The position numbers and the translations under genes were made by a program. The notes beneath the pieces are model-generated. The model was not told the origin of the DNA, ran no database searches, and saw nothing but the letters and a program-made list of their open reading frames with translations. A stretch of DNA of 64,000 bases from an uncultured virus (IMG/VR IMGVR_UViG_3300045119_000497). Lineage: Duplodnaviria; Heunggongvirae; Uroviricota; Caudoviricetes. This document shows, one piece after another, positions 27,084 through 36,788 of this stretch. Location: the IMG/VR virus record IMGVR_UViG_3300045119_000497. One strand, given 5' to 3'. How positions within the stretch are numbered: the first letter of the stretch is position 1; every line of letters starts with the position of its first letter.

Positions 27084-29354
27084 TTAGCCGAGGCCGCCGG
27101 TGCCGTTGAAACCCGAGTCGAAGACGCTCTTGCCGTGGCCGCCGAGGATCATATTGCCGATCATCTTCGCGACGGCCTTCGAGTTCGACTGTTCGTCCTT
27201 GGTGAGATCCGCCGGATCGACGCCCTTCATGATCGAAAGGCCCTCAGCGTCATTGCCGCCGACAATCTTCGCCATGTCGAACGCGGCGGGGCGTTTGCCA
27301 AAGACTGGAGTGCCAGGCAACTTGCCGAGCGCTTCGACCTGACTTTCGAGCGCCGCATTCTCGGCGAAGAGTTCGGCGATCTCGACCGGGATCTGTCCGT
27401 TCTTGATGAACTTTGCCAGCTTCGCCTTCGCGCCCTTGCCCGGGAACGGAGTCTCCATCCCATGAACCGGCGGCGCCCCACCCTCGTCGATCTCGCCGGG
27501 CGAAATTTCCTTCAGCCCCGCCGGCGGCGTGTAGTCGGCCGTGCCGTCAGTGACCTCCTGCCCGCGCTGCCCCGACCGTGACATGGCCTTCTTCAGCTGA
27601 CCGCCCGCAGCCTTAATCATGGTCTTGACGGTCTGGAGGTCGCCGAACGCCTTCTGGAGCTTCTCCATCGCGCCCTGGTGATCGAAATCGTCCTCGTCGT
27701 CGTCGGACTTTTTCTTCCCGGCGGCCTTGGCGAGATATGCCGACTTGTGCATGGCGTGGGCGGCCTTGACACACTCCTCCAGATCCTTCGTCGCCTTGCG
27801 GGCCTTCTTGAGATCGTCCCGAGCCATGCCCATACGCGTGGCCCGCGACGGTGCCGACGCACGCTTCACCATGTCGAGAAATGCCTTTGCGACCGGGTCC
27901 TGGACCTCGCTCGTGTCGAACTCCAACCCTTCCCCGCCGCCTTTCTTCACCTTCGCACTCATTTCCATTCCTCCTAGGTTCAAAAAGCCCTGGTCATCGG
28001 CATCGCTGAGGTCGAGAGCTTCGGCCCCTTCATGCTCCGCCTTTTGGCCGATAACCGCGGCCAATCCCTGCGCCAGCGTTCCGAGCTTCTCCGCCAGCGC
28101 CTTGTCTTTCATATCCCCGCCCTCCTGTTTCGCTTCCATCAGGAGGGACCGCTGGGCACTGCGGACCGTGTCGAAGCAATACGACAACTGGCCCGCAATG
28201 CCCATTCGTTTGAGTAGCTTTCGTTCCGATTTCGAGAACAACGCCCGCAGCGCCCGTCCGCTTTCCTCAGGCGCCGTCGCCGGTGCCGACGGAAACCCAT
28301 GGCCAAGCCCCGCCCCCTTGACGCCAGAGGCGTCTTCGACCGAAAGGGTGAGGAAAGACGGATCGGCCGAATTGAGACTCGACTTTGCCAGGATGGCTTC
28401 GTGCAGGAGTGCCCGGGCGCTCTTTTTGCTCCAGGTCGGAGGCAACTTGACACCGAGTTCCTTGGCGCGCCTGCGAATCAACGCCCGAGCGGCGCCGGGA
28501 TTCTTCGCCCGACCGACGGCCTGGCGAGCGTTGTCGAGGTCGCTCTTGTTGTCAATCGGGAACCCACCACCCGGAAGGGCCTTGCCTTGCGACGCAAGCG
28601 CCTTGCGCTCTTTCCGCCCAACGTCCCGTTTCGTAGTCGGTTCGTGGATCGCGTCGTCGTCGTCGGCATCGTCTTCGTCGCATTCTTCGCAACCGACGAC
28701 GCCGTGCGCTGCACATTTATCGCCCTTTGTCTTTTTGACTGGCTTCGCTGGCGGTGGTGGTGTTTCTTCCTTGGTCAGAAATTCCGATGGCGGGAGGTCC
28801 GTGAGAGCCTCAACGGCCTGGGCCATCTTACTGAGGGCTCGATCCTTCGGATCACGAAAGGGCTTCGGGAGTTTCGCCAGAAAGGCCGGCCCTTCCCCGA
28901 CGTTCTTGTGAACGTCGAACTTACACTCGGGATTGGCCGGACGGTCAACGACGCTGACCTCGATCAATTCAATTTCGGTGATCGTGTTTCCGGTCTTGGC
29001 GAGTTTCTTGCCACCTACCGAATAGCCCTTGTAGACCCCTTCAAGGACCTTCTTCCAACAATCATCGTCGACGATCTTCGCGGTTAAAAAGAGGCCCTTG
29101 TCATCGACGTTCGCCTCTTTCGCCACCCCCACCGCGTCGGCTGTGTGCATCCGACGAATGTTTCGCCACTGCCAGTAGCCCGGTAGTGCCTTCCGCACTG
29201 CGTCGAGAGCGACAATCTCCCCATCGAGATCAAGGGCGGGCGTCGAGGCATAGCCAGAGATCAACCTACGCTCACGGTCGATCTTCGTAATGGGGAGAAA
29301 GAAATTGAAGTCCGGTTTCACAGAATCGACCTCGAAAGCCAGCGGTTTTGCCAT
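27084..29354 (-). CDS. Prohead protease/scaffold fusion
   Basis: ISGYASTPALDLDGE, NIRRMH, GVYKGYSVGG, EVSVVDRPANP; long Lys/Ala-rich scaffold tail. Confidence 0.9.
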   Translation of the reverse strand: MAKPLAFEVDSVKPDFNFFLPITKIDRERRLISGYASTPALDLDGEIVALDAVRKALPGYWQWRNIRRMHTADAVGVAKEANVDDKGLFLTAKIVDDDCWKKVLEGVYKGYSVGGKKLAKTGNTITEIELIEVSVVDRPANPECKFDVHKNVGEGPAFLAKLPKPFRDPKDRALSKMAQAVEALTDLPPSEFLTKEETPPPPAKPVKKTKGDKCAAHGVVGCEECDEDDADDDDAIHEPTTKRDVGRKERKALASQGKALPGGGFPIDNKSDLDNARQAVGRAKNPGAARALIRRRAKELGVKLPPTWSKKSARALLHEAILAKSSLNSADPSFLTLSVEDASGVKGAGLGHGFPSAPATAPEESGRALRALFSKSERKLLKRMGIAGQLSYCFDTVRSAQRSLLMEAKQEGGDMKDKALAEKLGTLAQGLAAVIGQKAEHEGAEALDLSDADDQGFLNLGGMEMSAKVKKGGGEGLEFDTSEVQDPVAKAFLDMVKRASAPSRATRMGMARDDLKKARKATKDLEECVKAAHAMHKSAYLAKAAGKKKSDDDEDDFDHQGAMEKLQKAFGDLQTVKTMIKAAGGQLKKAMSRSGQRGQEVTDGTADYTPPAGLKEISPGEIDEGGAPPVHGMETPFPGKGAKAKLAKFIKNGQIPVEIAELFAENAALESQVEALGKLPGTPVFGKRPAAFDMAKIVGGNDAEGLSIMKGVDPADLTKDEQSNSKAVAKMIGNMILGGHGKSVFDSGFNGTGGLG

Positions 29355-29366
29355 CAGCCACGCTCC

Positions 29367-31874
29367 TTATGCGCTAACCGCGCCTAATTGTGCAGAAATC
29401 CACGTATTTGTGTTGACGAACGTGAAGCGACAGCGCTTAGCCTTTGTCAGCGGCACGCCCGTCGCTCCGGAGACAGTATCTATAGTCTCGGACCCGGCCG
29501 CATACACTTGAATTGCCGCCGCTACTATGCCACTATCCGCGTAGATGTCAATTTCCATGCCCACCACACCAACGGGAAGTTGGACCCCTGTTCCCGTCGC
29601 AGCTGCCGTTACGTTGTTAATGTCTGCGGCCAAAAGCAACGCTGTGGCACGGTTTGTACCAATGGCCGTAAGTGTGTTACCGACGCTTCGTAACACGTGT
29701 CCGAGTGATCGCAGGGTCGTGAAGGTGCCCGCCACGGCTGTTGTGGCACCAACGACCATGTTGTTGAGGCCGCCTGCCGTTACAATGCCAGTATCCACGC
29801 CCCCTATTTGAAAGTTTAATTGTGTCCCATTTAGGGCCAACGTTTCATAAGCGCTGACTCCGGTTGCGTCGATTGCAGAAACGCGCAAGGCAGACGATGA
29901 CAGTGGATCTAATCGCAGCGCCGCCTTGCTACCATCAGCGTTGGGTCGAATGACGAGCCCGGTTGCGCCTGACTCGGCGTCGAGCGAAGGATAGCTACCT
30001 GAACCGTTGAGGCTAATCGAATATGCGTTGCTCGCCCCACCAGTTACCACACCATTGACGACGAACGCCCCACCGACTCCCGCGTCCCCATCAGTGAACC
30101 ACTGCGCGAGCGAGCTAGAGAGCATCGTGCCGTACTTACCAGACGGGAAGAACCCGGCACAGTTATTGCCTGATTCAATAACATTGGTTGCGTTGGTTCC
30201 CACCGATATGAAATGCGCATTGCTGTTGCCGTTGTTGGCACGATTCCCAGCAATGACAACGCCGTCACCGTCCTGCACGTCGATCAAGCTGACCGCAGTG
30301 TTGGGATAACTGGTACTTACGTTCCCCATGAAGACGATGTTAGAGATCCAGCCGGCCGCCGAGCCAACGTCAATGCAGAAATCTCGCGCCGCTGCACCGC
30401 TTTGCAAGAACTCGTTGCCGATGATCGCCACATTGGCATAAGTTACCCCGGCCACACTCTGATGCAACCGGACGCCACAGTCTCGGAGTTCTTCAAACGA
30501 GGTCCCGGTGGCGAGTAATGTGCCCGTGGGACTAAAGAAACTGTTGACCAAGATGCCGTTGGCCGATCCAATGAGTTTCGTTGCGGCGAACCGGATGTCC
30601 CCACCGGACAGGAACTCAAACCCGGCCTGCGACGTGCCGCGATTAAGATCCCAGGCGGTCAACTCATAGCGGTCCTGCCCGTTATCAGGCTGCGCACCGG
30701 AGGTCTTGATGATTGCGTCGTGGCCAAAGTCCTGCGCCCAGAATCCCCTCACGGTGACATTGCCGGCGTTTTCGATCCTTATGCAGTCCCAATAACCCCG
30801 ACATGCAACGTTCTCGATCAGTGGCAAGTAGGCATAACGGTCGTAGACCGGATGGTTGGCGCTCGCCTTGAAAGAAAGCCCCGAGGCGAGATGGATCGTG
30901 TTGCCAGACGGGATGCCGTTGATCGTAGTCGACTCGTAGGTGCCATCGTCCTGTTCAATGTAGATCGCATCGCCATTTGCGAACCCAACGATTGAGTCGA
31001 CCGTGAGAGAGGTCGCTCCGGACGCCGCGTCGACGGTTAGCTTTGTGGTCGGACCGCTGATTGAAATCGCGGCGGCATTCGCATAGACCATGTCGAAGGT
31101 TGCGTTAGTGCCGCTGCCGGACGTCGAGCCCTGAGAGACCGCAACGACGGGCGAAGGTGCGACCGAATACACGCCCGGCGTTTGGATGACCACGCCCGTA
31201 ACGGCGCCGGCCGAAACCGCTGTGACCTTCAGAACCGTCGCAGTCGTAAACGCGCCACCCGCAAGGGTGATCGTATCGTTGACCGCATAGCCCGATCCCC
31301 CCGCGTGCTTCCGAGCATAGCTCGCACCGCCCGTTGCATAGTCTGTCGTGTCCATTGTCAGGTCGGAAATCTTAAGTTGTCCGAACCCACGAAACTGAAA
31401 AACATCCCCGGCGCTCGCACCAGCGGCGGTGCAGCGGATCAAAGTTCCCCCGGCGTTTATGGCGTCGCTCGACGCACCGCCGCCCTGTATCCATCCCCCG
31501 TTCGTGATCGGAATGGTGCCGCTTACAAGATATATCCCTGGCGGAATGTAGACTTTTTTCGTCTGGAAAACCGGATCGGCATTGTTGATGGCTACCGCGA
31601 CGGCATTTCTAATTGCCTGCGTACTGTCCCTCGATCCAGTGGGATCGGCGCCATAGTCGGTCACGACGTTGGCTACTACACCAAGATTTATGGGGTCAAA
31701 ACCCAACTCGAAAAGCGTCAGAGCATCGACACGGTTGACAACGAATACTCCGGTGTAGTTGGGATAGGCTTGGTACGTCGTGCCGCTTGGCATCAAGCTG
31801 CCGGGAATGGCCGGGCCACTAAACGGCCATATCGCCGGCGCCTGTAAGGTTACTGTCGGCGTTGGATTAGGCAT
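29367..31874 (-). CDS. Pectate-lyase-3-like beta-helix spike/fibre (putative depolymerase, head-associated)
   Basis: NVVTDYGADPTG.RDSTQAI..VYIPPGIYLV; repeated I.GN beta-helix turns. Confidence 0.8.
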   Translation of the reverse strand: MPNPTPTVTLQAPAIWPFSGPAIPGSLMPSGTTYQAYPNYTGVFVVNRVDALTLFELGFDPINLGVVANVVTDYGADPTGSRDSTQAIRNAVAVAINNADPVFQTKKVYIPPGIYLVSGTIPITNGGWIQGGGASSDAINAGGTLIRCTAAGASAGDVFQFRGFGQLKISDLTMDTTDYATGGASYARKHAGGSGYAVNDTITLAGGAFTTATVLKVTAVSAGAVTGVVIQTPGVYSVAPSPVVAVSQGSTSGSGTNATFDMVYANAAAISISGPTTKLTVDAASGATSLTVDSIVGFANGDAIYIEQDDGTYESTTINGIPSGNTIHLASGLSFKASANHPVYDRYAYLPLIENVACRGYWDCIRIENAGNVTVRGFWAQDFGHDAIIKTSGAQPDNGQDRYELTAWDLNRGTSQAGFEFLSGGDIRFAATKLIGSANGILVNSFFSPTGTLLATGTSFEELRDCGVRLHQSVAGVTYANVAIIGNEFLQSGAAARDFCIDVGSAAGWISNIVFMGNVSTSYPNTAVSLIDVQDGDGVVIAGNRANNGNSNAHFISVGTNATNVIESGNNCAGFFPSGKYGTMLSSSLAQWFTDGDAGVGGAFVVNGVVTGGASNAYSISLNGSGSYPSLDAESGATGLVIRPNADGSKAALRLDPLSSSALRVSAIDATGVSAYETLALNGTQLNFQIGGVDTGIVTAGGLNNMVVGATTAVAGTFTTLRSLGHVLRSVGNTLTAIGTNRATALLLAADINNVTAAATGTGVQLPVGVVGMEIDIYADSGIVAAAIQVYAAGSETIDTVSGATGVPLTKAKRCRFTFVNTNTWISAQLGAVSA

Positions 31875-31890
31875 CGCCCTACCAAACCCT

Positions 31891-32118
31891 TTATGTCTGT
31901 AGCCCCGACAGCCCGGTCGCCGCCGTCCCCGTCGACCACACCTGCGTTACGATGATCGGTACGAAGCCCGCGGGGACGGTCAGTTGCGCCTTGGCCCCTG
32001 ACAGAAACGTGACTGTCAGGGTGCCACCGACCGCGACCAAAATACCCCCCGTCGTCGCACCGGGCAACAAAGCAGTGTCGCTTGGCGTGATAGCGAATCC
32101 CGACGTTCCTGGGCGCAT
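31891..32118 (-). CDS. Head spike base protein (RcGTA Rcc01079-like)
   Basis: GFAITPSDT..VGGTLTV..VPAG..VTQVWSTGTAAT pattern. Confidence 0.75.
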   Translation of the reverse strand: MRPGTSGFAITPSDTALLPGATTGGILVAVGGTLTVTFLSGAKAQLTVPAGFVPIIVTQVWSTGTAATGLSGLQT

Positions 32119-32119
32119 A

Positions 32120-32350
32120 TCAGGGCACCAAGTTCTGCGCCCCAGCGCCCGGAACCACGCCGGTCTGGAGTTGCTCCAGGAGATTGACGGCCATCTGGAG
32201 CCAGTCGGTATGGACGGCCGTGGCGGAAATGGTCGTGGTTGGGCCGGTGACGACGCCTTGCGTGACCGCAATGGTTCCGCTCACGTTCGCCGAATCGACG
32301 ATGGTGAAGGTCGTGGTGTTTCCGCTAACCGATTTCGTGACGCTCGCCAT
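32120..32350 (-). CDS. small virion-type hypothetical protein
   Basis: AAGGA RBS; Thr/Val-rich; strong codon bias. Confidence 0.65.
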   Translation of the reverse strand: MASVTKSVSGNTTTFTIVDSANVSGTIAVTQGVVTGPTTTISATAVHTDWLQMAVNLLEQLQTGVVPGAGAQNLVP

Positions 32351-32393
32351 TGACTTTTCCTTTCAGTGTTGAGGGATTTCACGTTCGTTTGGA

Positions 32394-33092
32394 TCAAGGC
32401 CGTACAGTAGGTTGTACGGGAACGTAAGATATTGATGGCGTTACCGCCGTCGTCGAGTGTGCCACATAAGCCGTTATACCCATCATAAACAGACCTGCAA
32501 GGGCCACAAATACAAGCCAACTGGAGTTGATACCGCTGGCACGACTTTCTATGGAGATAACACGATCCTTCAAGTCCCCAATCGTTTGGGCCAATTGTGC
32601 AGTCTTGGTATCGACTAAATCGGTTAATGCCTTAATTTGTTCCTTAAACCCAGCCTCAATTTTCGCTGTTGCCTCTTTCGCAGCAGCGAACGCCGCGTCG
32701 ACCGCCAACTTAGTATCCCCAGCGCGTTGATCTGTTCTTGTATCTCGTTCTTGAAATTGATTATCAACACTGGTAAATTTCTGACTTACTTCTGCATAAA
32801 TTTTATCTATCTGTCCATTCAATTTCTCAAATTGAGTATGTAATTCCCCCTCCAAAATTTCCTTCAAATTCGCCGACGCCGTTTGCAAAAGAGTCGGAAC
32901 CCGTACCATATCCTGATGTTGCAGATCGGTTGCCTTCTCCATTGCGGCGAGTTGCGTGTGGACCCACTGAAATCGCAATTCAATTTCATTCGACAAAGAA
33001 GACAAAGGGTCAGAGCGAGAAAGCGCAATTAGCGCCGTCGAGAGCTTATTTAATTGCTCTTTGGATGAAGTGATTTCTGCTTGATCGCTCAA
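32394..33092 (-). CDS. Coiled-coil protein with C-terminal TM helix
   Basis: AVDAAFAAAKEA coiled coil; WLVFVALAGLFMMGITAYV TM; AT-richer DNA. Confidence 0.65.
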   Translation of the reverse strand: MSDQAEITSSKEQLNKLSTALIALSRSDPLSSLSNEIELRFQWVHTQLAAMEKATDLQHQDMVRVPTLLQTASANLKEILEGELHTQFEKLNGQIDKIYAEVSQKFTSVDNQFQERDTRTDQRAGDTKLAVDAAFAAAKEATAKIEAGFKEQIKALTDLVDTKTAQLAQTIGDLKDRVISIESRASGINSSWLVFVALAGLFMMGITAYVAHSTTAVTPSISYVPVQPTVRP

Positions 33093-33847
33093 GACTTAAA
33101 TTCCGCAACGAGATTCATCCCGGCTTCACGGAGCGAGTAGCCGAAGGGAACAAGAAAGTCCCGAATCACGTCCTTCCCTGACTTAATCCATTCGACCAGA
33201 ATCGTTGGATGATCGCGGTTGATGGCGGTCCGAGCGCCGTCGAGAACGTCGAGTTCCATTCCTTCAACGTCGATCTTGAGAAAATCTACCCGAGAGAAGG
33301 CGAGGCTGTCGACCGAAACCAACGGGACCGGAACGAGATTGGCGGAATCGTAGCTTACGGTCTGCCCAATGTGCTCCGTCCGAGGACCGAAGTTGAGTTC
33401 GAGACTGCCGAGCGAACCGGGGCGTGTGTAGTCTGGCCGAGGGATCGAAATCTCACCGACCTCGCGCCCCACCGCCGCAAACCGTGCATGGACATTGAAG
33501 AGATTTGCCAGGGCGACGTTCCCCGCCAGCGCGTAAAATAGCCTCTCCTGCGGTTCGAATGCCCAAACCTCGCCCCATCCCAACATCTCCCTGGCCATCG
33601 CTAGAGAATGGACGCCGACATTAGCGCCGCAATCAACAGCAACAACCCCGTCGCCACGACGGTTGCGAAGTTCGCCCAGAATTTCGAGGACGTAAGCAAC
33701 TTCAGTGGCGTCATAAGACCCCGTATGGAGGATTTGGAACCCAACACCGTAGTACCCGTGGACGTTCTTCGAGTAGTCGAGCCGAGAGACGATCATCGGT
33801 CCGAGATCGCTCGCAGCGAGGACGAAAGGAAGCGGCCGAGTGGTCAT
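33089..33847 (-). CDS. FkbM-family O-methyltransferase
   Basis: VDCGANVG, AFEPQ, KIDVEGMELDVLDGA. Confidence 0.92.
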   Translation of the reverse strand: MTTRPLPFVLAASDLGPMIVSRLDYSKNVHGYYGVGFQILHTGSYDATEVAYVLEILGELRNRRGDGVVAVDCGANVGVHSLAMAREMLGWGEVWAFEPQERLFYALAGNVALANLFNVHARFAAVGREVGEISIPRPDYTRPGSLGSLELNFGPRTEHIGQTVSYDSANLVPVPLVSVDSLAFSRVDFLKIDVEGMELDVLDGARTAINRDHPTILVEWIKSGKDVIRDFLVPFGYSLREAGMNLVAEFKS

Positions 33848-34138
33848 TGGGTTCTTCCTCCCCTCAACCAACCAAAGTCGGTTTCGATCTCGGTCCAGAG
33901 AAGACCGAACAAAGAGGGGAGGAACCCAATGCGGCTTACAAATGCACACAACACGTAGCTGCGTTGTTCTGAACCAGCCTGCGTCATAGCCAGGACAAAG
34001 TCCCTAAAGCTGAACACGATAGAGTAAGATACACCGAAATAGGGTCGGGATCGGACCGCCCCACCCCGTGTCCATCTCGTCGTTTGCTCGACTACCTGGA
34101 ACATCAACATTCCTGTTGGCCCAAACATGCCAGATGGT

Positions 34139-34351
34139 TTAACGAGCCTGGCCGCTCGATTCTGGTAGCGACTTGCCGCCGGATATAATCGCGCGAACTT
34201 GCCGTCGTACCCATTCGCGCACTTCCTCTGAGGTGTTCTCCCAACTAGGAGGGTAATTTCCGTTTGGAAGAACTCTGAAGTTCGCGTAGTAGGCATTCTT
34301 GGCAGCAGCGTCTATTGCCAATACATCTTCTTCGGTCGAGTTGTCGCTCAT
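34139..34351 (-). CDS. hypothetical protein
   Basis: MSDNSTEED..., ATGA-coupled. Confidence 0.55.
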   Translation of the reverse strand: MSDNSTEEDVLAIDAAAKNAYYANFRVLPNGNYPPSWENTSEEVREWVRRQVRAIISGGKSLPESSGQAR

Positions 34352-35733
34352 GCTGCGATCCTCAAGGACGCGTCGCGCGTCCGAAGCCGCTCGTGGACCT
34401 GGGCAAGTTGGCCTTCCCAATCACCCGGCGAATTTTGTCGAATGATCTGCACTGAGTCGTACCAGGGCCGAGCCGAGCCGAGGGCGATTTCCCACCAGCG
34501 CCAGCAGTGCGAGAATTGACTCAGCATCCAACAAGACTTCCCAAGAGCCCCGGCGAGATGAACCATGGCGGTATCGACGGAGATAACCAGGTCGAGCTTC
34601 TCCATGAACGCCGCCGTTTCAGCAAACGATGTGAAGCTCCGCGTCGGGTCGGTGATGAGTGCTTCGGCCCCCAGGTCGGCAATCTCAGCCGCTTCGGGGC
34701 TCTTTTGGAGTGAATAAAGCCGGACGCCAGGAATCTCGGCGAGCTTGAGCCAATGTTTGAGCGGGGCGACCCGTCGGCGCCAATCGAGTTCCCGGGTCCG
34801 AGTGCCGGAGGCCCAGCAAATGCCAATGTTGAACGTCCCACGAGACACCGGCTCGGTCGTGATCCGCGGGGCCGTGAAGTATGGTGAGGGGCGAATGTCC
34901 GACTTTTCAATTCCGAGCCACCGCATCGCACTGTACATTGGTGACTGGAGATCGAATCTCTTCGCGACGTCAGTGGTCAAGTCGTTCATCGACATCACGC
35001 TGACGTCAGGCCAAACTTGTGCTTCGAACAAGGGTACAAGCTCGGGCGGGAGACAAAGCGTGATCTTCGCCCCACAGTTCGCTAGGTCGAACGCAAAGCG
35101 TGAGGTCATTATGGTGTCACCGAGGCCCTGCTCCGCGTGGAAAAGGATGGACTTCCCTCGAATTTCCTCCCCCTTCCACTCGGGAATGTGGTAGTCCCAC
35201 GGCGGGAGGTGGGGCATGGTCCACCACCGGGCCTCGTAGAGTTCCAAGGCCCGACCGAGATCCTCGCCCAACGCGAGTTCCATGTGCGCTCGGTCGTTCT
35301 CGACCTGATGGCTCGTGTTTCCGAGCGCTTCCACCTGGTCCATGTAACCGAGTGCGTCGCGGAACTTGCCGACCCAATGCGAAAGGAGGGCAAAATTGTA
35401 CCACGTTACTGGATTGTCAGGCGACAGGCGCTTCGCGTGCTCTAGGGCCTCGAATGCCTCGTCATGGCGACTCAGGCGCATGAGGAGATTTCCGAGGTTG
35501 TTCCACTCGCTGCCAGAGGCGGGAGCGACCGACAAAAGCCGCCGAACATATACGACCGCCGCGTCGAGCTTGTCCTGGTGACTCAAGGCCCGGGCCATGT
35601 TCGACATGGCCGGCAAGAACCCCGGGTCGAGTTCGAGGGCAGCGAGGTAATGAAACCGCGCCCCCTCCACGTCGCCTCGAACGTACAAGTCGGCTCCGAG
35701 GCGATTCAGTTCGTCAGCGGTCGGCATGGACAT
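34348..35733 (-). CDS. TPR-containing glycosyltransferase (GT9-like, GT-B)
   Basis: N-terminal TPRs; EQGLGDTI, IGICWA, SLQK, LDLVISVDTAMVHLAGALG, PWY. Confidence 0.9.
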   Translation of the reverse strand: MSMPTADELNRLGADLYVRGDVEGARFHYLAALELDPGFLPAMSNMARALSHQDKLDAAVVYVRRLLSVAPASGSEWNNLGNLLMRLSRHDEAFEALEHAKRLSPDNPVTWYNFALLSHWVGKFRDALGYMDQVEALGNTSHQVENDRAHMELALGEDLGRALELYEARWWTMPHLPPWDYHIPEWKGEEIRGKSILFHAEQGLGDTIMTSRFAFDLANCGAKITLCLPPELVPLFEAQVWPDVSVMSMNDLTTDVAKRFDLQSPMYSAMRWLGIEKSDIRPSPYFTAPRITTEPVSRGTFNIGICWASGTRTRELDWRRRVAPLKHWLKLAEIPGVRLYSLQKSPEAAEIADLGAEALITDPTRSFTSFAETAAFMEKLDLVISVDTAMVHLAGALGKSCWMLSQFSHCWRWWEIALGSARPWYDSVQIIRQNSPGDWEGQLAQVHERLRTRDASLRIAA

Positions 35734-35739
35734 TCGACC

Positions 35740-36423
35740 TTACGTATTTGGAGCGTTGAAGCCGTAGAACGCACCGTAATTGTGCGTGCTGTTCGGTGTC
35801 GTCGATGGGGTGAATGACGCGGCGCTGCTCGCGATGGCGACCTGGCCTTCGTTCGTGGCATCGGCGAATTCCGCCAGGAGGGTGAAATCGACGAACCCCG
35901 GATCGACACTCACCGAAAGCGAGTTCGTGTCGTTGAGCTGAACCTGTGGCGACGCCCCGCCCGCGATGGCAGTGACGATGACCGAGTTGAGCGTCACGAT
36001 ACCCTTCGACGTATTGGTCGAAACGACCGTGGTTCCGCCCATGATCGCCGAGACGTTGTCGGTGACGGTCGTGCCGTCGTTGGCGAGGTAGTTGATAGCG
36101 ACGTTACCGGCGGTGATGGCGGACGTGCCGGGGTCGATTCGAAGGACGCCCTGCCTTGGAACGTCGGGCTGGGCGGCGATCGTCTTGGTGCCGTTTGAGA
36201 GCGCCGTTGATGCAACGAGCCGGCCGGCACTGGCCGCGCGCGGGGCAAGGATGTTGACCGATTTCGTTCTCGCCATAATATAGGTGGCGCCCATCCGAAG
36301 GAGAGCTGCAACGTCGGTCGAATCGACGCTGATGAGACCATCCGCCGGGACGGTAACGTTGCCCGTTGCCGGAAGTTGGATCGTTCCCCCGATTGCGAGG
36401 GCATTCATCTTGACTGTGCTCAT
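35740..36423 (-). CDS. Virion structural/head decoration protein
   Basis: Thr/Ala/Ser-rich, strong codon bias, AAAGGA RBS. Confidence 0.7.
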   Translation of the reverse strand: MSTVKMNALAIGGTIQLPATGNVTVPADGLISVDSTDVAALLRMGATYIMARTKSVNILAPRAASAGRLVASTALSNGTKTIAAQPDVPRQGVLRIDPGTSAITAGNVAINYLANDGTTVTDNVSAIMGGTTVVSTNTSKGIVTLNSVIVTAIAGGASPQVQLNDTNSLSVSVDPGFVDFTLLAEFADATNEGQVAIASSAASFTPSTTPNSTHNYGAFYGFNAPNT

Positions 36424-36453
36424 AACGTTGTTCCTTTCGTTAAAAAAGCGCCC

Positions 36454-36684
36454 TTACGGCTTGGGGACCAGCGTGAAGCTGTAGGTGTCCGCCGGGTGCA
36501 CGTGGCCGCCAGGATGCGGCCCCCGCACGTCTTTCGACGGATCGGTTGGGTGGTAATCGACATGCCCGCCCGGTGTGTCTCCAGTTCCGGCCACCATCGG
36601 CACGCCGTCGATCTCGACATGATCGACGTAGCCGTTCGACAGAATGTCGTCGAGCGCGAGGAACAGATTCGCCACAAGCGGCAT
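36454..36684 (-). CDS. hypothetical protein (true start may lie at 36733 across a frameshift)
   Basis: Good GC3 codon pattern; no clear RBS at 36684. Confidence 0.5.
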   Translation of the reverse strand: MPLVANLFLALDDILSNGYVDHVEIDGVPMVAGTGDTPGGHVDYHPTDPSKDVRGPHPGGHVHPADTYSFTLVPKP

Positions 36685-36788
36685 TGGCTCGCGGCTTAGC
36701 GTTCGGCTTGAACGAAATCGTCAGCATCATCATTCTCCGTCTCAGGGGAGTGAGGGTGGAACTCGCAACAAGTCCGCGCATCATCTTA

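Noticed and set aside
26490..29087. Long plus-strand ORFs opposite the capsid and protease genes (and similar ones elsewhere)
   Set aside because: Shadow ORFs caused by high GC3 codon bias; no motifs or RBS.
33844..34130. Small ORF between the FkbM gene and 34139
   Set aside because: Could be a real gene (ATGA-coupled), but the start and coding signal are too uncertain to call.
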